Origin: a virus
Taxonomy: Duplodnaviria; Heunggongvirae; Uroviricota; Caudoviricetes
IMG/VR virus record: IMGVR_UViG_2778261526_000005
Direction: 5' to 3' (one strand)
Length of the DNA: 57,324 bases
Below the pieces are notes generated by a model that was given only the letters and a program-made list of their open reading frames with translations, ran no database searches and was not told where the DNA came from. Shown here one piece after another: positions 31,705 through 41,159 of this stretch. The first letter of the stretch is position 1. Each line of letters begins with the position of its first letter. A program made the translations under genes and the position numbers.

Positions 31705-32309
31705 GCGTTAGTTTCTCCACAGTCACGACACGCCACGGCGCCCGGAGCTGCACACTCGCGGGCGTCATTACTTTCTGAAATGCAAAAGATTTTGTAGACC
31801 AGTGCTGCATGCTCCTGCAGCTTCGAAATTGAGAGATACAGCTCGTCGTTAATTGCTGTCTTCTCATGCGGTTCCACCACACCGTCTTCGATTGCCGAAC
31901 GAATCTGTCTGGAATAACTGCCAATCTGTTCAATGACTTCCAGCAGGCGCTGGTTAATATCGGCGTTGTCCACATCCTCGACGTCAGGAAGAGACACAAA
32001 GACGCCATTTGCAGACTGCGCCACAGCGTCAGCAATGAAGTGAGTTCCACCAGCACGTTGCAAAATCATTGCCCATCCCAGCGGGAAAATCTGATCGCCA
32101 TCGGCACGAAGGCGGTTAAATAATGCGTTTTCTGTTACATCCAGCCAGTCAGCTGCTTCAGCGTAACCACCCGGCAACGCTGCGATAGTTTTTCTGACAG
32201 CTTTCACGTACCACTCAGGCTGTTTTTCTACTTTCCAGTGATGCTTACCCACGGTTAGCCTCATCGTTCTGTGGTTTCTGTTAATCGATTTATCCATTAG
32301 ATTTTTCAT
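31701..32309 (-). CDS. Putative CII-like/YdaT-like early regulator (start uncertain; track ORF extends to 32366)
   Basis: Position immediately downstream of cro. Confidence 0.3.
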   Translation of the reverse strand: MKNLMDKSINRNHRTMRLTVGKHHWKVEKQPEWYVKAVRKTIAALPGGYAEAADWLDVTENALFNRLRADGDQIFPLGWAMILQRAGGTHFIADAVAQSANGVFVSLPDVEDVDNADINQRLLEVIEQIGSYSRQIRSAIEDGVVEPHEKTAINDELYLSISKLQEHAALVYKIFCISESNDARECAAPGAVACRDCGETNA

Positions 32310-32490
32310 AAAGCTCAGGTTTAAATGGCAACCGTCCGCAAGTTCTATATGCAGCTTCTGCTGCACGTCCTTTTGGAATTAACTGGCCCGGACGGTTTCG
32401 CCACTGATAAACGGCTTCAGTTGTTATGCCGAAAAAAGCAGCAACTTTCTCAATACTGCCGAAGTAGCTTTCGATATCGTCAGTTGTCAT
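32290..32490 (-). CDS. cro: Cro-like HTH regulator
   Basis: 66 aa, divergent from the repressor gene; AVYQWR HTH-like segment. Confidence 0.7.
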   Translation of the reverse strand: MTTDDIESYFGSIEKVAAFFGITTEAVYQWRNRPGQLIPKGRAAEAAYRTCGRLPFKPELYEKSNG

Positions 32491-32587
32491 ACGCCCTCCA
32501 AACTAAGTTTTATTAGATGCTAATTACAAATCTATCTTTGGTCAATAAAAACTAAGATTACTTAGCAATTCAAGAAATGGTGCTCCT
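32491..32587. promoter_or_regulatory. Immunity switch region with CTAAG-containing palindromic operator candidates and pR candidate
   Basis: aaactaagttt (32500-32510) and ctaagattacttag (32552-32565); minus-strand TTGACC-N17-TAGCAT before cro. Confidence 0.45.
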
Positions 32588-33214
32588 ATGGAAACGGTTG
32601 GTCAGCGTATAAAAGCTCTGAGAAGAGTTACCGGAACGTCCCAGAAAGAATTGGGTAAATTTTGTGGAGTAAGCGACGTTGCTGTGGGGTACTGGGAGAA
32701 AGACATCAATACCCCTGGTGGGGAGGCACTTTCGAAATTAGCGAAGTTCTTCAATACGTCAATAGATTACATTCTTTATGGTGCTGAGTTTGAAGGCAAA
32801 CTCGTCACAAACATGCGCAGAGTTCCTGTAATATCGTGGGTTCAGGCTGGGCAGTTTACTGAGTGCAGGGCAGCAGAAGTGTTTAGTGAAGTGGACAAGT
32901 GGGTAGATACATCATTAAAGATTGGTGATAACTCATTTGCATTAGAGGTTAAAGGTGACTCCATGACTAACCCTAATGGCCTCCCAACAATACCAGAAGG
33001 CGCAACAGTGATTGTAGATCCAGATGCAGAACCTCGTCATGGAAAAATAGTCATCGCTCGACTTGATGGAACAAACGAAGCTACAGTAAAAAAATTAGTC
33101 ATCGATGGCCCTCAAAAGTTTTTAGTGCCATTAAATCCTCGGTATCCCAACATCCCTATCAATGGTAATTGCCTTATCATTGGTGTAGTCAAAGGAGTTC
33201 AATACGAACTCTAA
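32588..33214 (+). CDS. cI: CI-type repressor (HTH plus S24 LexA-like peptidase)
   Basis: N-terminal HTH (QKELGKFCGVSDVAVGYWEKD), C-terminal GDSM serine and Lys of S24 peptidases. Confidence 0.85.
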   Translation: METVGQRIKALRRVTGTSQKELGKFCGVSDVAVGYWEKDINTPGGEALSKLAKFFNTSIDYILYGAEFEGKLVTNMRRVPVISWVQAGQFTECRAAEVFSEVDKWVDTSLKIGDNSFALEVKGDSMTNPNGLPTIPEGATVIVDPDAEPRHGKIVIARLDGTNEATVKKLVIDGPQKFLVPLNPRYPNIPINGNCLIIGVVKGVQYEL

Positions 33215-33378
33215 GACCTCTCTTCTCTAACTAAGGCACCGAACTAAGAAAAGTTTGGTGTTTTCTCTTGCCATAATAACTAAGTTAAATTAGATTTTAT
33301 ATCAAAGATAACGAACAGGCAGGACGCCCACGAAGTAGCCGCCTGGGGCATATGAAGTCCAGGATGATTCGTTGAGTC

Positions 33379-33696
33379 ATGTTGTGCCACCAGGCACTCA
33401 TGTTAAAGCAGGTGTATGAAATGAAAGTCCAGATTTTAAACAATAACTGTGAAGTCGTTTGGTCATACGACATAGCCGCCCCTGTAGATCAGAGCGGCGA
33501 TAGCTGGACCAATGGGAAACATCAGATTATGGCTGGAGTTGTGTTCTCTTTACGCCGTGCTTTGGAACAGGCTGAAGTATTTCCATCAGACCCTGAATGG
33601 AAATGGCCTTTTTCTATTTGTCCAAATTCGGAGAGCACATTTCAGAAAATTGGTCAGAAAGTCGCACTCGAAGAGCATCAGCCAACTGTTTCCTGA
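33379..33696 (+). CDS. Hypothetical protein downstream of cI
   Basis: ORF only. Confidence 0.3.
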   Translation: MLCHQALMLKQVYEMKVQILNNNCEVVWSYDIAAPVDQSGDSWTNGKHQIMAGVVFSLRRALEQAEVFPSDPEWKWPFSICPNSESTFQKIGQKVALEEHQPTVS

Positions 33697-33859
33697 TTTT
33701 TTCAGGTAACTCGTCGGCATCGCAGAAACAACAACGCTCGATCATGTTGAAAGCCGATTCGTAGAACTGTTTCTGCTGAGTGTCGCTGAGACAGGAAAAG
33801 AGCGACGTTACGATGATTTTATTAATTGCATTATCAAGTTCTTTTTCATCAAAAGTCAT
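33614..33859 (-). CDS. Hypothetical protein, convergent and overlapping the previous ORF
   Basis: ORF only. Confidence 0.3.
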   Translation of the reverse strand: MTFDEKELDNAINKIIVTSLFSCLSDTQQKQFYESAFNMIERCCFCDADELPEKIRKQLADALRVRLSDQFSEMCSPNLDK

Positions 33860-34372
33860 TTGATTTTCCTTTTATGTATACGGGCTTAAAAGGATACCAC
33901 CGAGCCTGAAGTGGTGAAAAGACAGGCACATAACAGCTAAGTATTTTCAACCAAAGAGAATCCTTAGCGTTGTGGTGAATGCGGCTCAGCGCACGCGGGT
34001 TAAGGTTGAGGCTGACAGTCGACCTTCTGTGGATACCCACCCGCCTGGTGTGCAACCTTCGCCAGGCACCGGGAGGCACCCTGCACCACAACTTTATGCT
34101 GTGTGTAGTCTTGGCGGTACCAGTTTGTACCCTTGCTTCCGGCTGGTACCATCCTTTTTACAAAACAGAGAAGAGCATCATCGGACGACAGGCTCATAAC
34201 CCAATCCATCCGGGCGGCTGCCACCGCAGGTGTTCTTCTCTGTTTTGTGGAGAAACTAACCGCCCCTACGGGGGCATTTATGGAAATGTAATTGACTCAA
34301 TAATCGCCGGACGGTGAGGGCTTCCTTTTACCCGAATTCAGCGCGGTGCAGCGCATATACGTGGAGAACAAA

Positions 34373-34909
34373 ATGTCATTTATTAAAACTTTTTCCGGGA
34401 AGCATTTTTATTATGACAGGATAAATAAAGACGACATCGTTATTAACGATATCGCGGTTTCCCTTTCAAATATCTGTCGCTTTGCAGGACATCTTTCACA
34501 CTTCTACAGCGTCGCCCAACATGCGGTGCTTTGCAGCCAGCTGGTACCGCAGGAATTTGCTTTTGAAGCGTTAATGCATGATGCAACAGAAGCGTATTGC
34601 CAGGACATCCCGGCTCCACTGAAACGCCTTCTTCCTGACTATAAACGGATGGAAGAAAAAATAGACGCCGTAATCCGTGAGAAATACGGGTTACCCCCGG
34701 TTATGAGTACACCCGTGAAATATGCCGATCTCATCATGCTGGCAACCGAACGCCGCGATCTCGGGCTTGATGATGGCTCTTTCTGGCCTGTGCTGGAAGG
34801 TATCCCGGCAACAGAGATGTTCAACGTGATTCCACTGGCTCCAGGCCATGCCTACGGGATGTTTATGGAACGCTTTAACGAATTATCGGAGTTACGCAAA
34901 TGCGCATGA
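34373..34909 (+). CDS. HD-domain phosphohydrolase (YfbR-like)
   Basis: HD motif in ALMHDATEAY; GGAG RBS before MSFIK. Confidence 0.7.
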   Translation: MSFIKTFSGKHFYYDRINKDDIVINDIAVSLSNICRFAGHLSHFYSVAQHAVLCSQLVPQEFAFEALMHDATEAYCQDIPAPLKRLLPDYKRMEEKIDAVIREKYGLPPVMSTPVKYADLIMLATERRDLGLDDGSFWPVLEGIPATEMFNVIPLAPGHAYGMFMERFNELSELRKCA

Positions 34910-35262
34910 ATGTTTTCGAAATGGAAGGGTTTCTTCGCGGGAAATGTGTACCGCGAGATCTGAAAGTGAACGAAACAAATGCTGAGTACCTGGTACGTAA
35001 ATTCGACGCGCTTGAAGCTAAATGTGCGGCACTGGAAAGCAAAATAATACCAGTGTCAGCTGAACTGCCTCCAGCAAATGAAAGTGTTCTGTTATTTGAT
35101 GCTAACGGAGAAGGCTGGCTGATTGGCTGGCGTTCTCTCTGGTACACCTGGGGACAAAAAGAAACCGGAGAATGGCAGTGGACATTTCAGGTCGGGGACC
35201 TTGAAAACGTCAATATCACTCACTGGGCAGTAATGCCGAAAGCACCAGAGACTAAGAAATGA
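34900..35262 (+). CDS. DUF551 domain protein
   Basis: C-terminal THWAVMP motif. Confidence 0.6.
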   Translation: MRMNVFEMEGFLRGKCVPRDLKVNETNAEYLVRKFDALEAKCAALESKIIPVSAELPPANESVLLFDANGEGWLIGWRSLWYTWGQKETGEWQWTFQVGDLENVNITHWAVMPKAPETKK

Positions 35263-35474
35263 GCGTGATAAAAACTCATACAGGAATTGTTATCACCCGA
35301 GACGGTGAAAAGCGGATGAAATTACATTCCACTGAAACGTCCTGGGTTGCCGGACGTTGTGAATCCTACGACAAAAAGACTGGTTACCGTTGGGGTGCAC
35401 CTAACATGCGTCGCCGTCTGCTACTGGACAGCATCAGGCCAATAAAACAGGTAGCAACCAGGGAACAAAATTAA
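35259..35474 (+). CDS. Hypothetical small protein
   Basis: ATGA-coupled to previous gene. Confidence 0.35.
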   Translation: MSVIKTHTGIVITRDGEKRMKLHSTETSWVAGRCESYDKKTGYRWGAPNMRRRLLLDSIRPIKQVATREQN

Positions 35475-35521
35475 TTATCAGGACTGGAATTTGGTATTAC
35501 TGCCCGTGTGCAGCGGGCTAA

Positions 35522-35740
35522 GTGGAGAAACATATGCTGAACCTCGATTGTGTTCCAATCTCAACTTATTGCAAAGAAACTGGCGAAACTCCTGAAGCAA
35601 TAAACAAACGTGTACAGCGCGGTGTTTGGCGTGAAGGTGTTCAGGTTTTAAAGGTTGAAGGCGTTAAGGAGAGGTGGATTGATCTTAGTGAGGTTGCAAA
35701 ATGGGCCAGACAAAACTGCTCAAACTACCGCGCGGCGTAA
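35522..35740 (+). CDS. xis: Excisionase-like protein
   Basis: 72 aa directly upstream of and overlapping int. Confidence 0.5.
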   Translation: MEKHMLNLDCVPISTYCKETGETPEAINKRVQRGVWREGVQVLKVEGVKERWIDLSEVAKWARQNCSNYRAA

Positions 35741-36897
35741 CAATCAGGAAACACCGCCAGGGCGAAACGATCAATATAACTTTCACCTACAAAGGAGTTA
35801 AATGTCGTGAGCCTCTTTCCAATCTGGAAGTAACACCAAAGAACATTAAATACGCCGAGCGCACACTCGGCGAAATTCATAATAAGATCGAAAGGGGAAC
35901 ATTCATTTATGCGGAATATTTTCCCCGTTCTGCTCGTTTGAAAATTTTTGGTAATGCTGCTGCAGGCAAAACGGTAAAAATGTACCTGGACGAATACCTT
36001 GAAATCTGCGAAACGAGAAAACTCTCACCCTCAACGATTGGTGGTTATAAAAAATGCCGTAGTGCGTTAGCCTCACTCCACATTTGCCCTGCAAGTGAAT
36101 TAACACCAGCAATCCTGAAAGCGTGGATTCAAAGCCAGAAAACGACCTTAAAAACAATTCGCAACCAGTTATCTTTCCTGCGGTCAGCACTTGATGAAGC
36201 CGTAACCGATGGGATACTTCAAATTAACCCCGTATCGTTGGTAACTGCTTCGCGCTACCAAAGTGATAAGTCAGAAGCAGAAAGCTGCTACGTGGTTGAT
36301 CCGCTATCACCAACAGAAGTTGATGCATTACTAGCAGCAGCCGGAAACAAACAATGGGAGAATCTGTTCCGGTTCGCTATACATACAGGCCTGCGTAGTT
36401 CTGAATTATGTGCCCTTAGATGGCGTGATATCGACTTTGTTGGAAAAACTGCCCATGTCCAGAGTGCAAGTGTTGTCGGTGTTATCAAAGGAACAAAGAC
36501 AAAGGCCGGTACTCGTAAAGTTGAACTGACAGAAGAGGCTATGTTGGCGCTGATAAATCAGAAGCCATTTACATTCATGAAGGATGCTACTGTCTTTGAA
36601 GACCCAAAGACCAATAAGCCTTGGGCAAGTGCTGATGCAATCAGGAAAAAAGCATGGGTGCCAACATTACGGAAAGCAGGTATTCGATACAGAAATCCAT
36701 ATCAAACTAGGCATACATTCGCCACCAGCCATATCAGCCGAGGAGCAAATCTGTTTTGGCTTGCAGCTCAAATGGGGCATAAAGGGCCGGAAATGCTTTT
36801 CAGGCATTATGGTTCGTATCTCGTAGACTATGATGGCAAGACAGCTTGTAAGGACCAAGTATCAAAAAATCCGGAGAACATGAAAATTGAGAAGTAA
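35701..36897 (+). CDS. int: Tyrosine integrase (lambda Int family)
   Basis: Catalytic region with RHTFAT and HYGSY (His/Arg/Tyr). Confidence 0.9.
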   Translation: MGQTKLLKLPRGVTIRKHRQGETINITFTYKGVKCREPLSNLEVTPKNIKYAERTLGEIHNKIERGTFIYAEYFPRSARLKIFGNAAAGKTVKMYLDEYLEICETRKLSPSTIGGYKKCRSALASLHICPASELTPAILKAWIQSQKTTLKTIRNQLSFLRSALDEAVTDGILQINPVSLVTASRYQSDKSEAESCYVVDPLSPTEVDALLAAAGNKQWENLFRFAIHTGLRSSELCALRWRDIDFVGKTAHVQSASVVGVIKGTKTKAGTRKVELTEEAMLALINQKPFTFMKDATVFEDPKTNKPWASADAIRKKAWVPTLRKAGIRYRNPYQTRHTFATSHISRGANLFWLAAQMGHKGPEMLFRHYGSYLVDYDGKTACKDQVSKNPENMKIEK

Positions 36898-37007
36898 AAC
36901 GCCCGATAGCACTAGCCCCCCTTCGCAAAACAGTAAAGCTTACAAGAATGTTAGCAGGATGATGAGGATAGTGTACAATGGTTTTAGTGTGCATTAAATG
37001 CAAAGAT

Positions 37008-37038
37008 TTGACGTTTTTTGTCAAATTTGTGCTATAAA
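37008..37038 (+). promoter_or_regulatory. Candidate promoter with palindrome upstream of the ATPase gene
   Basis: TTGACG-N19-TATAAA; palindrome tttgac-N7-gtcaaa. Confidence 0.3.
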
Positions 37039-37087
37039 ATCACTTTTAGTGGTTTTTAAGCTATGGGAAGTTAAAAGGGTATAAATT

Positions 37088-38353
37088 ATGTTGATTGAGT
37101 TTACAGTACAAAACTATAAATCTATTTCAGAGAAACAAACACTGAGTTTAGTTGCATCAAAACTTAACGATTTGCCTAATAATCTGTTCAGTATTGATGA
37201 ACCTAAATCTCTTGAATTGCTTAAAAGTGCTGTGATTTATGGCCCTAATGCTGCCGGAAAATCAAACATTATTAACGCTATTACAACTATGGCTGAACTT
37301 ATTGTCCGGTCTGCTACAGGTTATAAAAGTGGTGATAAACTTGATATCACGCCTTTTAGACTAGACTCAAAGAAGATTAATCAACCATCTGAATTTGAAA
37401 TTAACTTTATTTCCGAAGGCATCAGATACCAGTATGGTTTTTCTGCAACAGAAGATTTTATTCACGACGAATGGTTATTTGCATTCCCCAAAGGCAGACC
37501 ACAAAAATGGTTTTTACGTCTATGGGATGAAGAAAAACAAACCCATGAATGGGAGTTGGGGCCATCGTTGACAGGAGAAAAACAAACATGGTTGAAATCA
37601 ACCAGGCCTAATGCGCTCTTTCTTTCTACAGCGGTACAATTAAACAGTGTACAACTAAAACCTGTATACGATTGGTTTTATTACAAAGTTAAATTTACTG
37701 AATTAACAGGTTGGGATAGTGATTACAGTGCAAAGCAATGCTTAAATGATAAGAAAGATGAGATTCTCAATTTTTTAAAAGCTGCCGATGTAGGTATTGA
37801 TGACATTCATGTAACAAAAGAAAAATTCAATCCCAATGCTCTTCCTGATGATATGCCTGCAGCCATCAAGGAACTAGTGATTAAGAATATGCAAGGCAAG
37901 GAAGAATATGTCATTAAAACACTTCATAATAATGAGGATGGAGAGCCAATTCCATTCGATTTAAAAGATGAATCGCATGGAACTAGAAAAATCTTTAGTT
38001 TCGCGGGTCCCTTATCACATTCACTCGAGACAGGAAACATCCTGTTTATTGATGAATTAAATGATAACTTACACCCCAAATTAGTTGAGTTTATTGTAGG
38101 TTTATTTCACGATAAAAATATCAATAAGAATGGTGCCCAGTTAATCTTTACAACTCATGAGACGTCTATTTTAAATCAAGATGTTTTCAGACGAGATCAG
38201 ATTTGGTTTGTAGAAAAAGACAATTCAAAGCAAACAAATCTTTTCCCACTTACGGATTTTAGTCCAAGAAAAGGAAGGGAGAATTTAGAAGCTTCTTATC
38301 TTGACGGTAGATATGGGGCTTTACCACTCATTGGGAAATGGGAGAGATATTAA
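37088..38353 (+). CDS. AAA/ABC-type ATPase (AbiLi-like, OLD-family ATPase module)
   Basis: Walker A GPNAAGKSN; Walker B ILFIDELNDNLHP. Confidence 0.65.
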   Translation: MLIEFTVQNYKSISEKQTLSLVASKLNDLPNNLFSIDEPKSLELLKSAVIYGPNAAGKSNIINAITTMAELIVRSATGYKSGDKLDITPFRLDSKKINQPSEFEINFISEGIRYQYGFSATEDFIHDEWLFAFPKGRPQKWFLRLWDEEKQTHEWELGPSLTGEKQTWLKSTRPNALFLSTAVQLNSVQLKPVYDWFYYKVKFTELTGWDSDYSAKQCLNDKKDEILNFLKAADVGIDDIHVTKEKFNPNALPDDMPAAIKELVIKNMQGKEEYVIKTLHNNEDGEPIPFDLKDESHGTRKIFSFAGPLSHSLETGNILFIDELNDNLHPKLVEFIVGLFHDKNINKNGAQLIFTTHETSILNQDVFRRDQIWFVEKDNSKQTNLFPLTDFSPRKGRENLEASYLDGRYGALPLIGKWERY

Positions 38354-39039
38354 TGGGAAGCGAAGATCTGTTCAAAAAAAGAAAGGCTCGGCGTAATAAT
38401 GAATTCAAACGAGTTAGTAAAGCACGAGCTCAAATGAAGAAAATTCTTATCGTCTGTGAGGGAGAGAAGACTGAGCCCGCATATTTTACAGATTTTATAA
38501 AACATTGCCGTATAAGCACGGCAAGCATAGTTGAGATTTCTGGAGAGTGCGGCTCAAGCCCTATGAATGTGGTATCTTGGGCAAAAGAAAAATATAATAC
38601 GGAAAAAAAAAGGAGCGACCCTTATGATAAGGTTTATTGTGTCTTTGATAGAGACGCTCACCCTAACTATGATGAAGCTCTTAGCAGGATTAATTCCTTA
38701 AATCCAAAAGGGATTTTTGTTGCTATAACTTCCATACCATGTTTCGAGTACTGGCTGATACTACATTTTGGATACACCCGAAAATCATTTTCACCTCAGA
38801 AAGGCAAAAGTGAAGGCGCACAAATGCTAGCTGAGTTAAAAAAATACATGCCAGATTATGAGAAAAAGGCATCAGGTGTATTTAATAAATTGCAAGATCG
38901 GCTCGATACGGCATTAATCAATGCTAAAAGAGTCGAAGATGCCGCCAAAAAAGACGGTTCGATAAATCCTTCAACTAAAGTTGGCGCTTTGATTACAGAT
39001 CTAATTAACATTCGTGATGACTTTGAAAATGAGAAGTAA
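38338..39039 (+). CDS. RloB-like (TOPRIM-like) protein, AbiLii-like
   Basis: ILIVCEGEKTEPAYF matches the RloB motif as recalled; overlaps the ATPase gene. Confidence 0.6.
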   Translation: MGEILMGSEDLFKKRKARRNNEFKRVSKARAQMKKILIVCEGEKTEPAYFTDFIKHCRISTASIVEISGECGSSPMNVVSWAKEKYNTEKKRSDPYDKVYCVFDRDAHPNYDEALSRINSLNPKGIFVAITSIPCFEYWLILHFGYTRKSFSPQKGKSEGAQMLAELKKYMPDYEKKASGVFNKLQDRLDTALINAKRVEDAAKKDGSINPSTKVGALITDLINIRDDFENEK

Positions 39040-39165
39040 AAATAACATGTCATGATGTAGCGACGGCAGCATGTTTAAGTTCAAATGGCAAAGTGTACGC
39101 GAAGTATACGCGGCTCAAAAACAATAGAAAAAACGTATATTTTACAAAAGATTATATAAATTTTG

Positions 39166-39195
39166 ACGCGGGTTCAACTCCCGCCAGTTCCACCA
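39166..39195 (+). other. tmRNA (ssrA) 3'-end copy, about 30 nt: att core of P4-like element
   Basis: gacgcgggttcaactcccgccagttccacca matches the ssrA 3' end (T-arm, acceptor, CCA) with one mismatch; upstream is not ssrA-like. Confidence 0.7.
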
Positions 39196-39230
39196 AATAA
39201 TGATCCGGATACGTCCGGTGAAGTACAGAA

Positions 39231-39264
39231 AGCCCGCATGGCACAAGCCCTGCGGGCTTTTTTG
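39231..39264 (+). terminator. Terminator-like hairpin after ssrA fragment
   Basis: agcccgca...tgcgggct followed by tttttt. Confidence 0.4.
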
Positions 39265-39379
39265 TGTTTGTCGTTGTCCGAGAACATCCGGCTAAATCCG
39301 ATGATTATTGGTATACGTTTCGGTATACGGTAGGATGTATACCTAAAAGCGTATACCAATTCATGAAGGAGCGGCCACA

Positions 39380-40579
39380 GTGGCACGGACAACACGCCCC
39401 CTGACCAACACCGAAGTTCTGCGCGCGAAAGCGTTAGAGAAGGATCTAACGCTGCATGATGGCGATGGGCTTTTCCTGATAGTGAAAACTAGCGGCAAGA
39501 AACTCTGGCGCTTTCGCTATCAACGCCCAGCAACAAAACAGCGGACTATGATGGGACTTGGTGCTTTTCCTGCCCTTTCTCTTGCTGATGCCCGAGGGTT
39601 AAGAGCAGATTACCTTGCCCTATTAGCCAACGGAATCGACCCGCAAATTCAAGCTGAAGTTGCAGAGGAACAGCAGCAAATCGCTCTGGACAGTATTTTT
39701 TCGACGGTCGCCGCTAACTGGTTCCAGCTCAAAAGCAAAAGCGTTACCCATGATTACGCTAAAGATATATGGCGTTCACTGGAAAAAGACGTATTCCCCA
39801 CCATCGGGGAGATCCCTGTCCAGCAAATCAAAGCCCGAACACTGGTTGAAGCCCTTGAACCGATCAAAGCTCGTGGGGCGCTGGAGACGGTGCGCCGGTT
39901 GGTGCAGCGTGTTAACGAGATAATGATTTATGCCGTAAATACTGGTCTTATTGATGCCAATCCAGCATCAGGCATTGGAATGGCCTTTGAGAAGCCAAAA
40001 AAACAAAATATGCCTACGTTGCGCCCAGAAGAATTGCCTATGCTGATGCGTTCTCTCGTCATGTCAAATTTGTCTGTTCCGACTCGCTGCCTCATTGAGT
40101 GGCAACTCCTGACTCTAGTTCGTCCTTCTGAGGCTTCCGGTGCTAGGTGGGCTGAGCTCGATCTCGATGCAAAGCTCTGGACTATCCCAACTGAACGAAT
40201 GAAGGCTAAGCGGGAACACATAGTCCCTCTATCTCCTCAGGCATTAGAGATTCTTGATGTGATGAAGCTAATCAGTGCCCATCGTGAACATGTTTTCCCG
40301 AGTCGGAATGACCCAAAGCAACCAATGAATAGCCAGACGGCAAATGCTGCTTTAAAAAGGATTGGATTTGGTGGTAGATTGGTTGCTCATGGATTGCGTT
40401 CAATTGCCAGCACCGCATTAAATGAAGCGGGTTTTAATGCAGATGTAATTGAGGCTGCTCTTGCACATAGTGATAAAAATGAAGTGCGCAGAGCATATAA
40501 TCGTTCAACTTACCTTGAGCAACGAATAGGACTTATGAATTGGTGGGGCCAAAAAGTGTACGAGCGCAATCAATATTAG
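39380..40579 (+). CDS. Tyrosine integrase, P4/CP4-57 IntA-like (GTG start)
   Basis: Closely resembles E. coli IntA as recalled; AGGAG RBS. Confidence 0.9.
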   Translation: MARTTRPLTNTEVLRAKALEKDLTLHDGDGLFLIVKTSGKKLWRFRYQRPATKQRTMMGLGAFPALSLADARGLRADYLALLANGIDPQIQAEVAEEQQQIALDSIFSTVAANWFQLKSKSVTHDYAKDIWRSLEKDVFPTIGEIPVQQIKARTLVEALEPIKARGALETVRRLVQRVNEIMIYAVNTGLIDANPASGIGMAFEKPKKQNMPTLRPEELPMLMRSLVMSNLSVPTRCLIEWQLLTLVRPSEASGARWAELDLDAKLWTIPTERMKAKREHIVPLSPQALEILDVMKLISAHREHVFPSRNDPKQPMNSQTANAALKRIGFGGRLVAHGLRSIASTALNEAGFNADVIEAALAHSDKNEVRRAYNRSTYLEQRIGLMNWWGQKVYERNQY

Positions 40580-40608
40580 TTAACTTGTTATACATGGAGA
40601 TATAGTTC

Positions 40609-41067
40609 ATGGAGAATAATCTAGATAATTTATGTTATGAATTCTTTAGAGAGTTTTCACGTTATGAATATTGCCTTAAGGCATGTGGACTTCATCATAA
40701 AATAAAAGATGCTAAAGCGAACTGGGATGAGTATGCAAAGCAAGTTTCTGAAATCATAAATAACACAACTGATCCAGAGCTAATTGCTGCTATCACCTAC
40801 TTTAAAGAACACCCACCCAAAAAACAAATCATAGAAGATGACTCTTTAGTTTGGGATGATTCTTTACCACAAGAAAAAGATTTAGCAAAATTTCTTTTTT
40901 TGTTAATCCGCCGTGTAAGAAACAATCTTTTTCACGGAGGAAAATTTAACGGGAAATGGTTTGAACCTGAACGTAGTGAGGCGTTACTGCAACATGGCCT
41001 TGTTATTTTGAGGCATTGCGGCACAAGGCATAGTGAAGTAAGCAAAGCCTATTCTGGAATAGCCTGA
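40609..41067 (+). CDS. Hypothetical 152-aa protein in int-psu hotspot
   Basis: AT-rich ORF convergent with the helicase gene. Confidence 0.45.
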   Translation: MENNLDNLCYEFFREFSRYEYCLKACGLHHKIKDAKANWDEYAKQVSEIINNTTDPELIAAITYFKEHPPKKQIIEDDSLVWDDSLPQEKDLAKFLFLLIRRVRNNLFHGGKFNGKWFEPERSEALLQHGLVILRHCGTRHSEVSKAYSGIA

Positions 41068-41159
41068 GCGGTGTTATAAAAGAGAAGTTTTTGTTACTGG
41101 AAGAATGATAAAATTCAAAAACTTCTCTATTGATTGTTTAAAAAATCGTCTAAATAAGA

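Noticed and set aside
33979-34317. 112-aa ORF in the structured non-coding region, and possible retron ncRNA
   Set aside because: Product is low-complexity; no reverse transcriptase gene nearby, so the region is reported only as a structured non-coding element.
39166-39195. Complete tRNA or tmRNA gene
   Set aside because: Only the last 30 nt match ssrA; upstream is AT-rich and cannot form the rest of the molecule.
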